From the NCBI RefSeq assembly GCF_009914755.1, contig NC_060928.1: DNA of 64,000 bases; one strand, written 5' to 3'. Origin of the DNA: the human T2T-CHM13v2.0 reference genome, Homo sapiens. Positions 1-14,483 of this stretch are shown here, in pieces; within the stretch, counting starts at the first letter, position 1, and the number at the start of each line of letters is the position of its first letter. Under the pieces are notes generated by a model. The model ran no database searches, was not told the origin of the DNA, and saw nothing but the letters and a program-made list of their open reading frames with translations. The position numbers and the translations under genes are program-made.

Positions 1-1419
1 ACTATATTTTTTCAAATGACTATTAGTCTATATTAAATAAGAAACAACTTCAAGTACAAGTGATTTTTTCATTCCTAGTTTTTTGTGTTTATACAAGCTG
101 CATTAGGGCAAAGAAAACTGTAGAAAAATCTTTTCCAGATATGTCAAGCCGCACAGAGTAAAAACAATATAATAATGACAATAGCAAACATTTTCTGAGT
201 GATTACCTTATTTGAGGCTCTATATTACATAGCTTATATGAATAATTAAACTTATAACAGCAACAAAAAAAGCTGAGGCTTAGGAATGTGCAGTGATTTG
301 CCCAAGATGAACACATTGACAAAAGATTTGGATCACTGTTATTCATGATGACCAAAAATCAAGAGATTCTAATTAATTACAATTCACATGGCTATATAGT
401 TTTTAAATGTTAACTTTATCAATATTTTTATAATATAGATATTAAATATGGCCAATAACACATTGAACATATTAGATATGTGAAGAATATTAAATGAAAA
501 TAAAAATTACTTTTAATCACATATTATTTTAGAGAGTCATATTTTCTGGCCCAAATACTTATAGCCTATATAAACATGTCATTTGAATTAGAACACAAAT
601 TATGCTCATTGCAAATGTGGTGGTCCAATGGGTTTATAGATCATTGTCTGCTCTGTAAGCTGTAATATCCCTTTAGAAGACTTAAGAATATATTTAAAGC
701 AAAAATACTTTACTAAAACAGTCACCCTTAAATTGAATAGAATTAGAATCTCAGGTATTATCTGAGTAATTTGAGTGCCCATAGGACATGATTGATTTCT
801 CATTGGAGGATATCTTTTCACTTATAAGCCACTAATAAAGCCCTAAACATATTTTATATTAAATGAATGAATGTATTTGTTTATACTCACATGGTGACAA
901 ACTATGGATTGTGGGTATAAAAATATCAAAGTTGCTTATATAAAAAATTTTAAAATGTGTGGACCTGTTGTCCACTTAGGAACAAGTTCATTGATCATTT
1001 CTAAAATTGGCCATCTGGTGGCTTCATTTCAAATTGCATTCACGTTCCAAAAGATATACTTTGGATCTCTGGAGGATGTGGCTAAACGATTCAACTCTAT
1101 TTACAGAGATTATAGTAATCAAATGGCACAATGATATAAAATTACCCCATGCAATTGGAGAGTACCTACTGCAGCAGGGGCTTCTCACTGAGAGAAGATT
1201 CCCTGGGCTAGAAAGACATAAGTAGCATGAGAATGAGTCAGAAACTTCAGCCACAAAGTGAGAGCCCACTGGTGTCTGCAATGACACTGCTCGATGCTAG
1301 TTTCCACCTCACTAACTTTCCTAGCCTGCCTTCTCTTTTTCCGCAGTCATAGACCAGCAGACCTTATACCATATTTACACTTATCAGATTTTGGTAGGCA
1401 AGAAAATTATGGGTAGAGA

Positions 1420-1565
1420 GTGTTCGATAAAAGTTCCTAGGCCAGACCAAAGATATTCTGATTCTAGGGGTCTTAGATGAGATCCAAGAATCTACAATTT
1501 AAACAGGGATCACAGGTGATTGCAATATAGGTGGCGCAAGCCTCAGACTTGTGAAACACTGCTCT
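1420..1565. mobile_element. MER5-like hAT-Charlie MITE fragment
   Basis: Degenerate GATATTCTGATTC...CAAGAATCTACAATTTAAACA...CAGGTGATT...TGAAACACTG pattern typical of MER5. Confidence 0.55.
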
Positions 1566-1906
1566 ATCATATCTGCTATACTCAGGTGAATAATAGATTA
1601 ACCTCAAAGCGTTTGAATTAAAACTTCTATACCAAAGTCTAGCAGATTATCTGTGGGTGACTATGCAGCATTCTTAAAACATTAAGAAATAAACAGTGTG
1701 ATTTCAGTGTTTAAGTTTAGGTGTTCTCTACTTAAACAGGGGCAGGCAGAATTGTTATCTATATAAGTACCCTCATTTATAGGGTTGGGGCCAGAAAACA
1801 ATTGTAGGCACTACAGTGCTCCATCAGAGGCAAAATATGGCACACTTGAGAATTTTAAAAATCCATTCTTTCTAAACTGAGATGCAATTGTCAGTGGCAT
1901 TAAAAA

Positions 1907-2122
1907 TGTGAGCTGTAACACTCACCGCGAAGGTCTGCAGCTTCACTCCTGAAGCCAGCGAGACCACGAACCCACCAGAAGGAAGAAACTCCGAACACAT
2001 CGGAACATCAGAAGGAACCAACTCCGGACATGCCGCCTTTAAGAACTGTAACACTCACCGCCAGGGTCCGTGGCTTCATTCTTGAAGTCAGTGACACCAA
2101 GAACCCACCAATTCCGGACACA
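1907..2122 (+). mobile_element. LTR12 (HERV9 LTR) 3'/U5 fragment
   Basis: GAGCTGTAACACTCACCGCGAAGGTCTGCAGCTTCACTCCTGAAGCCAGCGAGACCACGAACCCACCAGAAGGAAGAAACTCC...AATTCCGGACACA is the characteristic LTR12 terminus. Confidence 0.92.
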
Positions 2123-2477
2123 AAAATACCTACATTTCACATTGTTCCTCAGAGTTTGGCAATAGGACATCTATGCCTACTGCATAGATGTGCAAACTAT
2201 CTTTGCTTCTTGAAATAATCTTCAGAACATGAAGAAGAAGCTGCACTCAAAAAAATTGCAGATAATTTGAATTTATCTTTGAATTTTTACCATCTGCTCT
2301 CCAGGTGAAGCTACCTCCATTTTATCTTCTAGAGGAGGAGGTTGGCTCCCAGATTGTCAGCCTGGAAACTATAAACTCTCACATGGTATTAGGTGATTAT
2401 AACTAATTTTTAGAAGTCGGACCTTTGTTAATTATTAGAAATTTCAAAGTTAAGCAGAAAAAGTGGTAGTAATGTAA

Positions 2478-2701
2478 TTTTTTTTTCTTTTTTTGAGACG
2501 GAGTCTCGCTCTGTCGCCCAGGCTGGAGTGCAGTGGCGCAATCTCGGCTCACTGCAAGCTCCGCCTCCTGGGTTCACGCCCTTCTCCTACCTCACTCAGC
2601 CTCCTGAGTAGCTGGGACTACAGGCGCCCACCGCCATGCCTGGCTAATATTTTTGTATTTTTTTAGTAGAGACGGGGTTTCACTGTGTTAGCCAGGATGG
2701 T
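2478..2701 (-). mobile_element. AluY, 5'-truncated
   Basis: Poly-T then GAGACGGAGTCTCGCTCTGTCGCCCAGG...GCAAGCTCCGCC...GTTAGCCAGGATGGT; the first ~80 nt of the Alu are missing. Confidence 0.93.
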
Positions 2702-5204
2702 TCTAATATTGTTCAGAAGGTTGTAGTGTTGAACGCAATCAATTATTTTCATATGCATTTAAACTTCTAACAGTATTCTGAGTCTAAATGGCATTGAAAG
2801 TGAGGGAAGAACAAAAAGTCTAGTCTGCAGTAAATGATTGCACGAGTGAGGCTGAAGTCGGTGAGTACCTTCTCCACGGTCACACAGACAGTATGTTACA
2901 AGGTCACCCTAAAACTCAGCTCTTTTGGTTCCTACTCATGTTTTTACAGCACACCAGGTAGGAGAGGCAGTCATTGTTAATTGATGGCTTTTTCTTTAAC
3001 TTTCAATGCTTTCTTTCTCTTCTCACCTAAGTCGTGTTTTTCATTTTGTTTTGTTTTTGTTTAGTTTTGGCATTCTATGTAAGATTTTTGTTTAATATAA
3101 ATACTGGTAACATTCAGACACCTTAAAATATAGCCCTTATTGTACATAAGGTGAGTATTTCAGCTGGTGCCAGTCATATGGTAGACTCTTGATATATATT
3201 TAATAAGTGAATGAATGAAAGTCTACCATAAAATGACAAAACTTCCTAAATGTGTTATTGTTGGAGCCATAAAATTATGCTTCAATTCTTCTGTGTCTGT
3301 TTTTAAAGAACATTAAGAAAGCAGCTTTATAATGATAAAGGATAGAGATCTTAGCATACATTTAGAGAAATTCAACTTCCTTTCTTCTCAGTAAGGATTC
3401 TCTCTTACCTGGATAGCCAATGCCAACCAGTTGTTCTCTGAGATTCTCTGACGACCTTGCCTCTCTCGACAGCTAGAGTCATGATGCTCCCATTGGAAGG
3501 GCAATTAATCTTAGCACTGAAGGACTTGTGATCTGGCCCCAACTTTGTGCCTCACTGGGTAAATCACTGAAATTGTTTTGGTGTTTGTCTGTCAACTTTA
3601 AAACATGGAATGGGTGATCGCCATGGTTTCTTAGAGCTCTAATTTCTAGTTGATACTTCCCGTGATTCTTCCTTTTTACTATATCCAGTTTATTTTCTTT
3701 CACCTCCATCTCTGGGCTATTGCATTGTAAACTGTTGAGGAATAAGAATCATCCTGGATATTTTAAGCACGGTGGTATCTCAGGCCATGGAGGCTTAGTG
3801 GAAGTGACCTGAGGGAGAATAATTTTTGTCAGAGGGACCTAGAGGTGTACTGAGTAACTCAAAGTAATCAGTTTTAAAATATGTGATTTCACTGCCCCTG
3901 CGGTCTTATATATTAGAAGCTGCATATTAATGTGTAATTGGTTGATGAGCTTCAGGCTAGCAATTACACACTATTTTCTGTTAAATGACGTGGTAGACCA
4001 CCTGAGAATATTTCAAAAATATTTTCATTTGTTCATGAAATATACCTGGAAAACAAAACAAAACAACTTAATAACTCTTTGGTTTCCAAGGTATATTTTT
4101 TAAACACTACAGTACCATTGGAAGAAAAATTAACAATTTAACCCTTTCTCATTTAGCTCATGGAGATTGTAATTTCATAGTCCCATTCACTTGCTAGAGG
4201 GAAGAGAGAACAACAAAGGTATTATCTTACATAGTTCTGGGAGGAGTTGTTTTAATAGAATGGAATCATGGCTGCTGATCTCATTTTCCCATAAATGCTC
4301 ACAACTCAATCTCATGCAGTGGCTGTGTTTACCACCACCGATGTTTATAATCAGTGTTAACACAGGAAACTTATACAGTCAGCCAGGCAGTCCTTTTCTT
4401 CTCTTGTTAAGTAGGGTTGTTATTACCGTTTCCTCAATTTCCTAGAGGATTCATGAACATAATCATGTCAGCTGCTAAACTGGTGGGAATTGAAGCTATT
4501 CTACGTTTTGAAAGCATTTGCATGTGCTAACTTGGAAACTACATAAATCAGTGCTTTGATTACTACTTTTTAAAAACTACCAGCTCTTAGTTTGGTAAAT
4601 GTGAATTGTCAGCATAGTACAAGTGGAGTTTCTGCAGTTCTCCACTTAATTAGCTCATTATGGAGCCAGTCAGAACAATGAGGTCCTCAGAGTGGGTTTA
4701 CTCAAGTTTTCTCATTGTTATTATTTGTTTGAATACTCTTGTTAAACTCATTATGTTTATCAAACTATTAGTCTATGATGTTATACCTCAATTTTATTTA
4801 TATTTAAAACATAATAATTTATTTCAATAAGGTAGTTTTTCTTTTTTCTTTTGTTATAATAAATTATATGTTTTTTAATACAAAGGGTATACCTTCATTG
4901 TAGGCATTTATAAAATACATGTGAGAAAAATACAGATAAGAAAAACTATAATAACTTGCAATCTCACAGCCTAGAGACAATGAAAGCTCATAGTTTGGTA
5001 TATTTACATCTTTTCTTCATACATATAACCTAAAATAAAAATGCCTTACCATTCAATCAATTTCAATATGGCTTATTCCACCTCTGCTCCATAAAAAGTT
5101 ATCTCCCTGGGTCCTTTTTAGCCTCATTGCTGTTAAGGTTAATGAATGGCCCCTCTTACTACTTTCTCATCTGCCTTGGCTTTTCCCAAATATTTGGGTA
5201 TAAG

Positions 5205-5322
5205 GTATTTTAAGCTCCATGAGATCAGAGATTATAACTGTATTGTTTATCTTTGTAGTCTAGCACCAGTGTAGTACCTGGCAGATAAAATGGCTTTCTA
5301 GATATTTTGTTGAATAAATGAT
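5205..5322 (+). mobile_element. L2 3' end fragment
   Basis: TCCATGAG...TAGTACCTGGCAGATA...TATTTTGTTGAATAAATGA resembles the L2 tail. Confidence 0.6.
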
Positions 5323-5692
5323 CGAGTCTTTAATCTTAAAACAATGTCTGAATTTTATTTCATGGCACTAAAATTTTTGGATTTTTTACTACTTCTCGGA
5401 AGGATGTTCAAAAATCTCTTTCATTTTTCTTTTGTTCTCTATACACATTTTATGCTAATGAGTTTCTGTTTTAGATCTTCATCTTTCACATTCTATCTCG
5501 CTTTTCATGCACTCTTGTGACTCTGGTTGCCATATATATTATCTTTCCTAAATCAAAATCCTTTACAGATCTTCTCTCCCCAAATTCAGAAATGTGACTG
5601 AGTACTGTAGTTTTCCACTGTGATACACCCATATCTCAGAAACATGTCTTAAGTTAAAAAATACACTCTCTCCCACACCCCAAAATTCCCCC

Positions 5693-6785
5693 AGCAAGAA
5701 ATAAATAAAAATTGATAAATATTTTCTACATAATGAATATTTTTAATATGTACCAAAACATCTCAACATGCATATTTAACATCTTGCTGTGAGATCTTTA
5801 GGAATAGTCATACCGAAGTGGGCAAGACTGTAAGGGATGATGAGAACCCGGTTATTAGAGGAAAAGGAGAGGAATTGAAGATCAGTCTGAAGGATTCACA
5901 GGGTCATGATAAATACTTTGGAGGTAAATGCATGAGAAAACCAAACTACTTACTGAGAGTGTGTCAAATTTCGATTTTACATCTTTAGAGTGGGGGGAGT
6001 TGTAGATATAAGGGTTCCTATAAAATTCATTGGAATAGAGATGGGGACTTGGTTGGAGAATTAACCAAGAAACCTAGACAGAACTCTACAACAGTGGATC
6101 AATGAGCCCAAAACATTAGAAAAAGGCTGTGAATCCATGCCAAAAATCCAGCTTGTAGATATAGCCATTCATATACCAAAAGGAAGTAATTCAGTTTAAA
6201 GTATTATTGCAAAATTATACATTTCTTACCTATAACTATATTATCCAAAGTGTATTCTGCAGAACACTAGTGATGTATTAGTTGGATATTTATATAGAAA
6301 GAAAACAGACTTAGATGGTTAAATAAGGTTTGGAAATGCTGAGATTAAAAAAAAATCCTGAAACATTTCTCAGAGACTTTAGTATGATAATATGTTTTGG
6401 AAACACCAAAAGGAAGCTGTAGTATGCAGAATTTCTTAAACATATTTAACAAAAATTTCTATTTTTTAAAAGAAGAACATTTTAAGGGATAAATAGACCT
6501 GTGATGAAACTTTGAAACAGGCTGTTATAAATATATGCAGGCAACCCAGTTACATATAGTGGGTATTAAGCAAAACAAAACTGAAAAAAATGAACCATAC
6601 TAAACAAGAGAGAATACATGTTTAAAATATACTTTAACTTTTTCTCAGCTATTTTCCTACCTTGGCTATAAATCAATAGTCATCATCATAATTCTCTGAG
6701 CAAGAAATAAACAAAAACTGATAAATATTTTCCACAAAATAAATACTTTTAATATGTACCAAAATATCTCAATATGCACATTTAA
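5693..6785 (+). repeat. Dispersed 87-bp direct repeat (copies 5693-5779 and 6699-6785)
   Basis: Ungapped hand alignment gives 9 mismatches in 87 nt. Confidence 0.9.
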
Positions 6786-7919
6786 TAGTTTATTAATGTC
6801 AAATCTCTATCAGCCATTTCCTAGGTCACATCTTAGCAAAGTTCACATATTAAAAATCTAAAGACTGCCTAGTCATCCAATATGCCAGGACCTGGGGGAT
6901 TATTTACAGAGATTATAATTAGAAGGTAATATTTGCTTTAGGAACAAGGAATTCTAGCTACACAAGAACAAAGTGGCTAGTGGCCACATACCACACACAC
7001 ACACATATATAACAAAATCTGTCTTAACATTTGGAACCACATCTGAAATTTGTCCCCTCACTACAGGATTTCTTTATAAGAGACTGTTCTTTGCCTTTTT
7101 TGCCCGAATGACTAGTTCAGTTTGTCACAACAAATGCTCATTAACTGATGGATTGAATAAGTTGTCCTTCTTTGGCAGTAGACATCTGTATTATTTACAA
7201 ATTTGCAAAAAAGAAAAAGTTGGAACAAATAGCATTTGGAAAAGGTTTATCCTGTCTACCAACATGTTCACAACTTACAGACAAAAAACGCTTTTGTTTT
7301 CCAGAGGTGTTGCTAATTATAACTATATGATACCATTATATTTCTATCGAAAAGCAATATCATAGCTAGCATATCATAAACTAACACATTCATTAACAAA
7401 GTAAGGTCAATTAACCTAAGCTTTTAGGGAGGATAAAAAGTACATTTAGGGGTAATGGAAGTGTGAAACATATGTCAGTGACTATAGTCTCCTGGCAAGC
7501 TGGGGGACTCCTGTGTTCCAAGGGTACTCAGAGAGCTGGTGGGAAGGTGGGGTATGAGAAAGAGAAGCAAAAGATAAGAACTGTAGCAAGCTTTAAAAAT
7601 TTTGCTTAAGTCATTGATAGCTGAAAAGCAACACCATGAAAGCAGAAATAAGAAAGTAAAATATATATACATGTAATATTACTTATATTTATATCTACAG
7701 AAGCCTTCTTGCTCTTCAATGTACTAAGTAATATGTGAAGTTCAATAATCCAGCTCTATTCTGAATTTGAAGCAGTTTTGGAGAAATTACAGTGATGGAG
7801 AAAACTCTTCAGAGTTACAGAACTTCTATTAGGTAATTAGCTGAATTAATTAGTTTGATTGGTAGTTATTGTAATTTACCACATTTACAGATTAAAGGAC
7901 AGTGAATCTGATACTAGAG

Positions 7920-9990
7920 CACATCTCAGTGCATGCAGATACTATGCATTTAATAAAATTAAAGTCAACGTATGATAAACACTCTTACCAAACTAAGAAT
8001 AGAAGGAAAATCCTTAATCTTTAAAAAGACATCTATTTTTCTTAATGTAAAAAGAAAAAATATCAAGACTCTCATACTTACTGAGATAAATTTTAATAAG
8101 ACCAGCAGCAAAGGAAAATGCTTGCTATTACCCATACTGTTTAGGATTGTACTGGAGTCCTAATCAGTGAAGTTAAAAAAATAATAAAATAAAATCTGTA
8201 ATAATTGGAAAGTTTAGACAAACCCTGTTTATTTTTAATAAAGTACTTGTTTACAAAGAAAATCCTAAATGTATTTTTGTTATTAGAATAAGTAAGATTT
8301 GATGAAACAAAAGAAGAAAGAGAAATCTGACATGCAACACAAAATCGAAAATCTTTAGACTACCACATTCCATCAGAAAACGTATTTGATGTATTTTCAA
8401 TTGACAGAAGAATGCCAATAAAAAATATGTAGAAGCCCTTTACGGAAGAAATTAAATATTTTATTGAAAACATTAAATAATACTTAAATAAATGGAAACA
8501 TTTGGAAATAACTCTCTATAATAAATTTATCAATATTCCTCAAACTGAGTTATAGAATTAGTGCAATTCCAATTAAAATCTTAATAGGTTTCTTTTTTCC
8601 CCATATCTTTTCAGTTACTTGTTTTTTAAATTTTACATTCTGGGGTACATGTACAGGTTTATTACATGAATATAATGTGTAATGGTGAGGTCTGGGTTTC
8701 TAGTGTACCCATCAGAAAAAGAATGAACATTGTACCCAGGTGATAATTTTTAATGCTCCCCTCCCTTCCAACTCCTGGAAACCATTTTGGAGTCCCCAGT
8801 ATCTATTATCTCTATCTTTATGGCCACATATACCTTAATGGAGTTCTTTGTAGGATTTGATAAGCAGATTTTAATTTCAAGGACAATTGGAAGGGCCAAG
8901 AACATCTGAGAAATTCCTGAAGAAGGAATAGGGAGATGATTTTTCAAACCATATTTCAAGACATATCATGAAAGTATACACACACGCCCACACACACACA
9001 CACACAAACACACACATACACATACACATATACACCACATTAGGCGAAAGTTAGAGGCAGCATACATAAAATTTTACCTTTTTCCTGAGCAGACTTTGCA
9101 CATAAATGTCAGAAGATGAATTATGTGATTGACAAATTGTGCAAGGAATGTTGAATAGCTATATGAAAAAAATTAATTTCTCTCTGACACAAGGTATAAA
9201 ATCTAGTCTTCATCTATTAACTATGAAAAGCCATACTATGAAACTTTTAAAACATAATGCAGCAAAATTTCCTTATAATGTATGTAAGGAGGGAATTCTC
9301 AAACAAGGAACAAAAGTCACACATCATAAAAGACTGCAAATTATATTGTGACAAAAATAAGAATGTCACTACATCAAAGGATGCCATGAAGAGAGTAAAA
9401 AGACATGGTACAACTGGAAGATCTTTGTTTTATCTTTGTCATCAGCAAAGAATTTGTATCAACAGCATGAGATCAAAAAGCTCCATGAAGAAATGGACAA
9501 CAGACCTAAGCAGGAATTTTGTAAAAAAGAAAACGGTAAAAGAAACTCATTGATATCTAAAAATATGTTCACTTTCACTATTTTTAGGTAAATGCCAATA
9601 AATATTAGGAATATATTGTTACACTCTAACCAGTTGGCATTTTTTTTCAAAAAGCATGATAATATCAAGTACTAGTGAGAATAGGAAGCAACCAAAATAC
9701 ATACTGCTGATGAGAATGTAAATAGGCACAATCACTTTAAAATGCTATTCACCATGTCTAGTAAGGTTGAACATTCACCTACTTTGCAATTCTACTCCTG
9801 TGGGAATACCCTAGAAAATTCTCACATGTGTTCAAGGAAATATATGCACAAATATTTATAGTAACATTGTTTTTAATAGTAAATTGCCAGTAACAACCCA
9901 AGAGCCCATCACTAATTTAGTGGATAAGGAAACTTTGGTTTTATTTTTAACTATTGAATCTTTACAACAGTAAAAACTAATGTATGAAAG
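7920..9990 (+). mobile_element. Old L1M (ORF2/3' region) fragments
   Basis: Degenerate L1 ORF2 landmarks, e.g. CAAACTAAGAATAGAAGGAAA, ACTTAAATAAATGGAAA, GCAATTCCAATTAAAATC, ACTGCTGATGAGAATGTAAAT, GCAATTCTACTCCT. Confidence 0.7.
8622..8835 (-). mobile_element. L1PB/old L1PA 3' end nested in the older L1
   Basis: GGGGTACATGTACAGGTTTATTACATGAATATA...TTTGGAGTCCCCAGTATCTATTAT. Confidence 0.75.
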
Positions 9991-10421
9991 CTGCAAGTCA
10001 TCATAAGGAAAGAATCCAGTGAGGTCAGAGAGTTAACAGGGGTGAGGACCAGTTTGAGCAAGTCATTGCAGCTCATTTTAATAACATTGGCTTTTACTCT
10101 AAATAAAATAGGAAGACATTGGAGGATCTGACAGATGAGTGAAATTGCCTGACTTAGGTTTCATAAGATCATTCAGACTGATGTATTGATAATACATTAA
10201 GGATAGAGATAAAAAAGCAAGGAGACCAGTCTTAAGAGTAACATAATCGATGTAGAAATAGCGCTGACTTGTTCAAAGGTAACAGCAGTGGAGGTGATAA
10301 AACAATATACAGGTTTGACATGTATTCTGATGTTAACCTTAAAGAATTGCTGGAGAATCTGATATGAGGAGTAGAAGAAAGAAAGGAGGTTAATATGACC
10401 CCAAGATGTTAACATAAGTAT

Positions 10422-11162
<741 letters not shown>

Positions 11163-11390
11163 AGTATTTAGAAAAGCAGAGAATTCTGCAGGACAAGCAT
11201 GTTTTTGGTGGCGGTGGCGGGAAGAGGAGAAGATAACCAGTTCAGATTGTGATACTTATGTTTGAGGGGCTTCACAGATATTCAAATGTATATGTAGAGA
11301 AAGCAGTTCCATATACAAGTGTGGAAGTACAGAGAGAGGTCAAGCCGCAAATAGCAAGTATTGAAAGTCATGAATGGGAGTACTGAGGAA

Positions 11391-11470
11391 GTGTACACAG
11401 GTAGAAAGAAGTGTACACAGGTAGAAAAAAGTGTACACAGGTAGAAAAAAGTGTACACAGGTAGAAAGAA
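11391..11470. repeat. Minisatellite, 4 x 20 bp GTGTACACAGGTAGAAA(G/A)AA
   Basis: Four adjacent copies differing at one position. Confidence 0.97.
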
Positions 11471-11498
11471 GAGCTTGAGAGTATTCCATCATTGAGAG

Positions 11499-11697
11499 CA
11501 GTGGTTCTCCACCAAAGGTAATTTTGTCCTGAATATTTGGTTGTTCCAATGGGAAATGAAGGTGCTATTGTATCTAATGGGTAGAGGTCAGAAATTCTGC
11601 CTAACATCCTACAATGTGTAGGGCAACCCCCACAATAAATAATTACCCACCCAGAATCTCAGTGGTACCAAATTTAGGACCTTGTTAAGAAACCTGG
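11499..11697. mobile_element. MER20 (hAT-Charlie)
   Basis: CAGTGGTTCTC...ATCTAATGGGTAGAGGTCAG...AACATCCTACAATG...GTTAAGAAACCTG. Confidence 0.8.
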
Positions 11698-12324
11698 CTT
11701 TGGAGTTGGGGCAAAGATCTTGCAGAGAAAATTGAGTTGATGTGGCCTGAGGGTCAGGAGGAAATGAGAGTGTGGTGTCCTGAAAGGCAAGTAAAGGAAA
11801 TGTTTGAAGGATGAGAAAATTATCTCAGCTATGGCCAATCATCTAATAGTTCAAGCATTATTGAGAGCTAGCAATTGACCCCAAGGTATTTAATAATCTG
11901 TAAATTATTGCTGACCTTGATGGAAATAGAATTAAAGAAATGGTCTAGTAGATTTGAGAAAGAATATATAGAGAGAAATTTGAGACAGTGGATAGAGACA
12001 GCTCATCAATGAATTTTGGCATAAAATAAAGAAGAGAAACAGAATGACAGATGAAGAATAATCGTGATCTAGAGAGTTTTGCTAGTTTGTTGAGTTTAAA
12101 GACAGTGACAATAGCACCATTCTTTCATGCTAATAAAAATGATCCAGGACAGTGATACAAATTGATAAGGAAGAAAAAGAATGGGGGACCCTTGGAGCAA
12201 TGCCTTTGAGTAGCTAAGAGAAGATATAATATAGTTATTGATATACTCCAATTTTTATGAAAGGTAAAAGATGACAGAACAAGCATTCTCAGTCATAAAC
12301 ATGCATACCTGCATGAATTTTATT

Positions 12325-12520
12325 TTGACTGTCAATTTTTAGCTATGTGACTTTAGTCAAATTATTTAGTCTTTCTACTTCAGCTTTCATCTGTGTAATC
12401 TTTCCTTCATATGAAGCTGTTTTAACAATTAAATGAGATTATGTATGCATAATACCTAATACATTGCTTTGACACACACTAGGCTCTCAAGTAATGACAA
12501 CTGTTACTATCATTATTATT
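12325..12520 (+). mobile_element. MIR
   Basis: TAGCTATGTGACTTTAGTCAAATTATTTAGTCTTTCT...TTTCATCTGT...ATTAAATGAGATTATGTATG. Confidence 0.7.
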
Positions 12521-13231
12521 TAATGAGAAAATCAACTACTTCGTTCTTGGGATATTTCTGATTGTCATCATCATTTAAAGCTTTAAATGTTATGTCTGTA
12601 ATTGTGTAGCAATATCTTAAGAGAGATACCTCCTGCTAAAAAATGCTGATATCTGATTATAGGTAACATTAGAAAAATTAACTCAAACAATACCTCTATT
12701 TTTTTTTCATAATTAGCCATCTGTAATTTTTATTTACTTAGGTCATTTTGTTTCTTGTAGAGATATTAAATTACAATGATAAAAACTAACTTGTAAGGAT
12801 TATTGACTTTACCTTGATTTATATTTAGGCATTGGAATAAGTGTTCTAAATTTAAATAAATTCCATTTGATTTAATTCAATTTTATTTTATTTTAATATT
12901 TAATTATGGATGTATGCTATCACTTAAAAGTGTTTCTTACATAATTTAAAGCTGAGAGCAAATGATTGTTTTGCAAGACCAAAAGCAATCCTTCATATGT
13001 TTACAGGTGAACACCATTGTTAATGCTCCATGCTAATTGCATATAAAATTAGCATCATTATCAATTTAAATGTCCAAAGCATATTATTTTCTGTTTTTCT
13101 CTTTTTACTGCAATATTAATTGCCCTCCATAATTGTTATAAGTTGAATATTTTAGGGCATCTGGATCTTTAAATCATTACAAACTATTTAAAACACTAAG
13201 GCTTAGAATCCTAAATCCTAAAAGCTAAGGG

Positions 13232-13311
13232 TACATTGTATCTGACTTTACACACACACACACACACACACCCCCCCAGGAAAAAAGGTTACATTGTATC
13301 TGACTTTAAAT

Positions 13312-13342
<31 letters not shown>

Positions 13343-13364
13343 AACACACACGGCAGGAAAAAAA
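13232..13364. repeat. Tandem duplication of a unit containing a (CA)n microsatellite
   Basis: TACATTGTATCTGACTTTA-(CA)n-CAGGAAAAAA occurs twice, starting at 13232 and 13290. Confidence 0.9.
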
Positions 13365-14483
13365 ATACCTTTGCAGAGTTTCCAAGCAGAACTATCTCAA
13401 GTTTTTTGTATTTTTCCCTTCAAGATTATATAACAGAAGTACAAACATTATTTTTCTCATGATAATGCATATTTTAGAGTCAAAATTATTTACTGAAAAA
13501 GCTCAAGATATTGAACCTCGCAGGGTGATGGCCCAAGTAAAGAGCTTCTATAATTATGTCTAAAACAAAACCTGCTGGCAGAGCTTAAAGCTTTAGTTAT
13601 AGCACAGCAAACACAGTGAAGAACAGGGACGAGGCTTCATTGGCCTTAGTGGAGAAAAGAACTTGCCTAGAGACTGGTCTGCGGGAGATAAACAAAACAT
13701 ATTCTAATGTGATCCAAAGTTAGTGAACTTTCAAGCATGTACGCAAGGAACAAAATTCAAATGCACACATCAGTGATTTATATAGCTATAACTTAATTAT
13801 TTGGGAGGAATTTCCATTTGTGTTATATGTTCTATTATCGATGTAACTCAATTGGATTGCCTTCTTATATTTGCATTTTAATGCACTAAGAGGATTTAAT
13901 TTGAACTCTTCTCCTACAAGGCTATTCCAAATGGAAATTTATTTCCAAGTTACTATTTGAGCTTCATTCCATTCACTACAATCAGACATGTTAGAGTATG
14001 CTATGATGCATGCAATCACTCAAATACAGAGTGTGTGATTAGTATGGAATCAAACTCAACTTAATATTTTAAACAGCCTTGTCAGGTCTGCATGATGACA
14101 CCAAATACAAAGCAGTGCTTCTTGGTGATGAGGTTGTAAACATCAAGAACATCATGGTTCTTTTGAAAAATTGATTAGACAAATATAATGATCCACAAAA
14201 AAGTGAATACATATTGCAGTAAGATACCAATACAGAAAAGCAAAGAGAATTAGGTGAAATATGGTGTATACATATAATTATAATGTGGTTCATTAAATTT
14301 TTTTAATTTGTTATTTGTTTGGAATTTTCTTATGTAAATTTTTATAAAAACGTATGCTGTCTAATGTAAAACTACTTTTAAATGGTAAACATTCACACAA
14401 AATTATTCCTGTAGGTGGTAAATTAAGAAGTGAGACTCCCCCCTAAATTTTAAAAAATAAGTTTCCATATTATACAATTCATT

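Noticed and set aside
3404-3411. Strong minus-strand donor CAG|GTAAGA in the intron
   Set aside because: No convincing acceptor at normal exon distance; such 9-mers occur by chance in 33 kb.
6973-7365. 130-aa ORF on the plus strand
   Set aside because: GTG start, includes a CA-repeat and an L2-like tail, no splice or homology support.
11391-11470. Regular 20-bp repeats, superficially CRISPR-like
   Set aside because: No unique spacers, eukaryotic context, no cas genes; simple tandem repeat.
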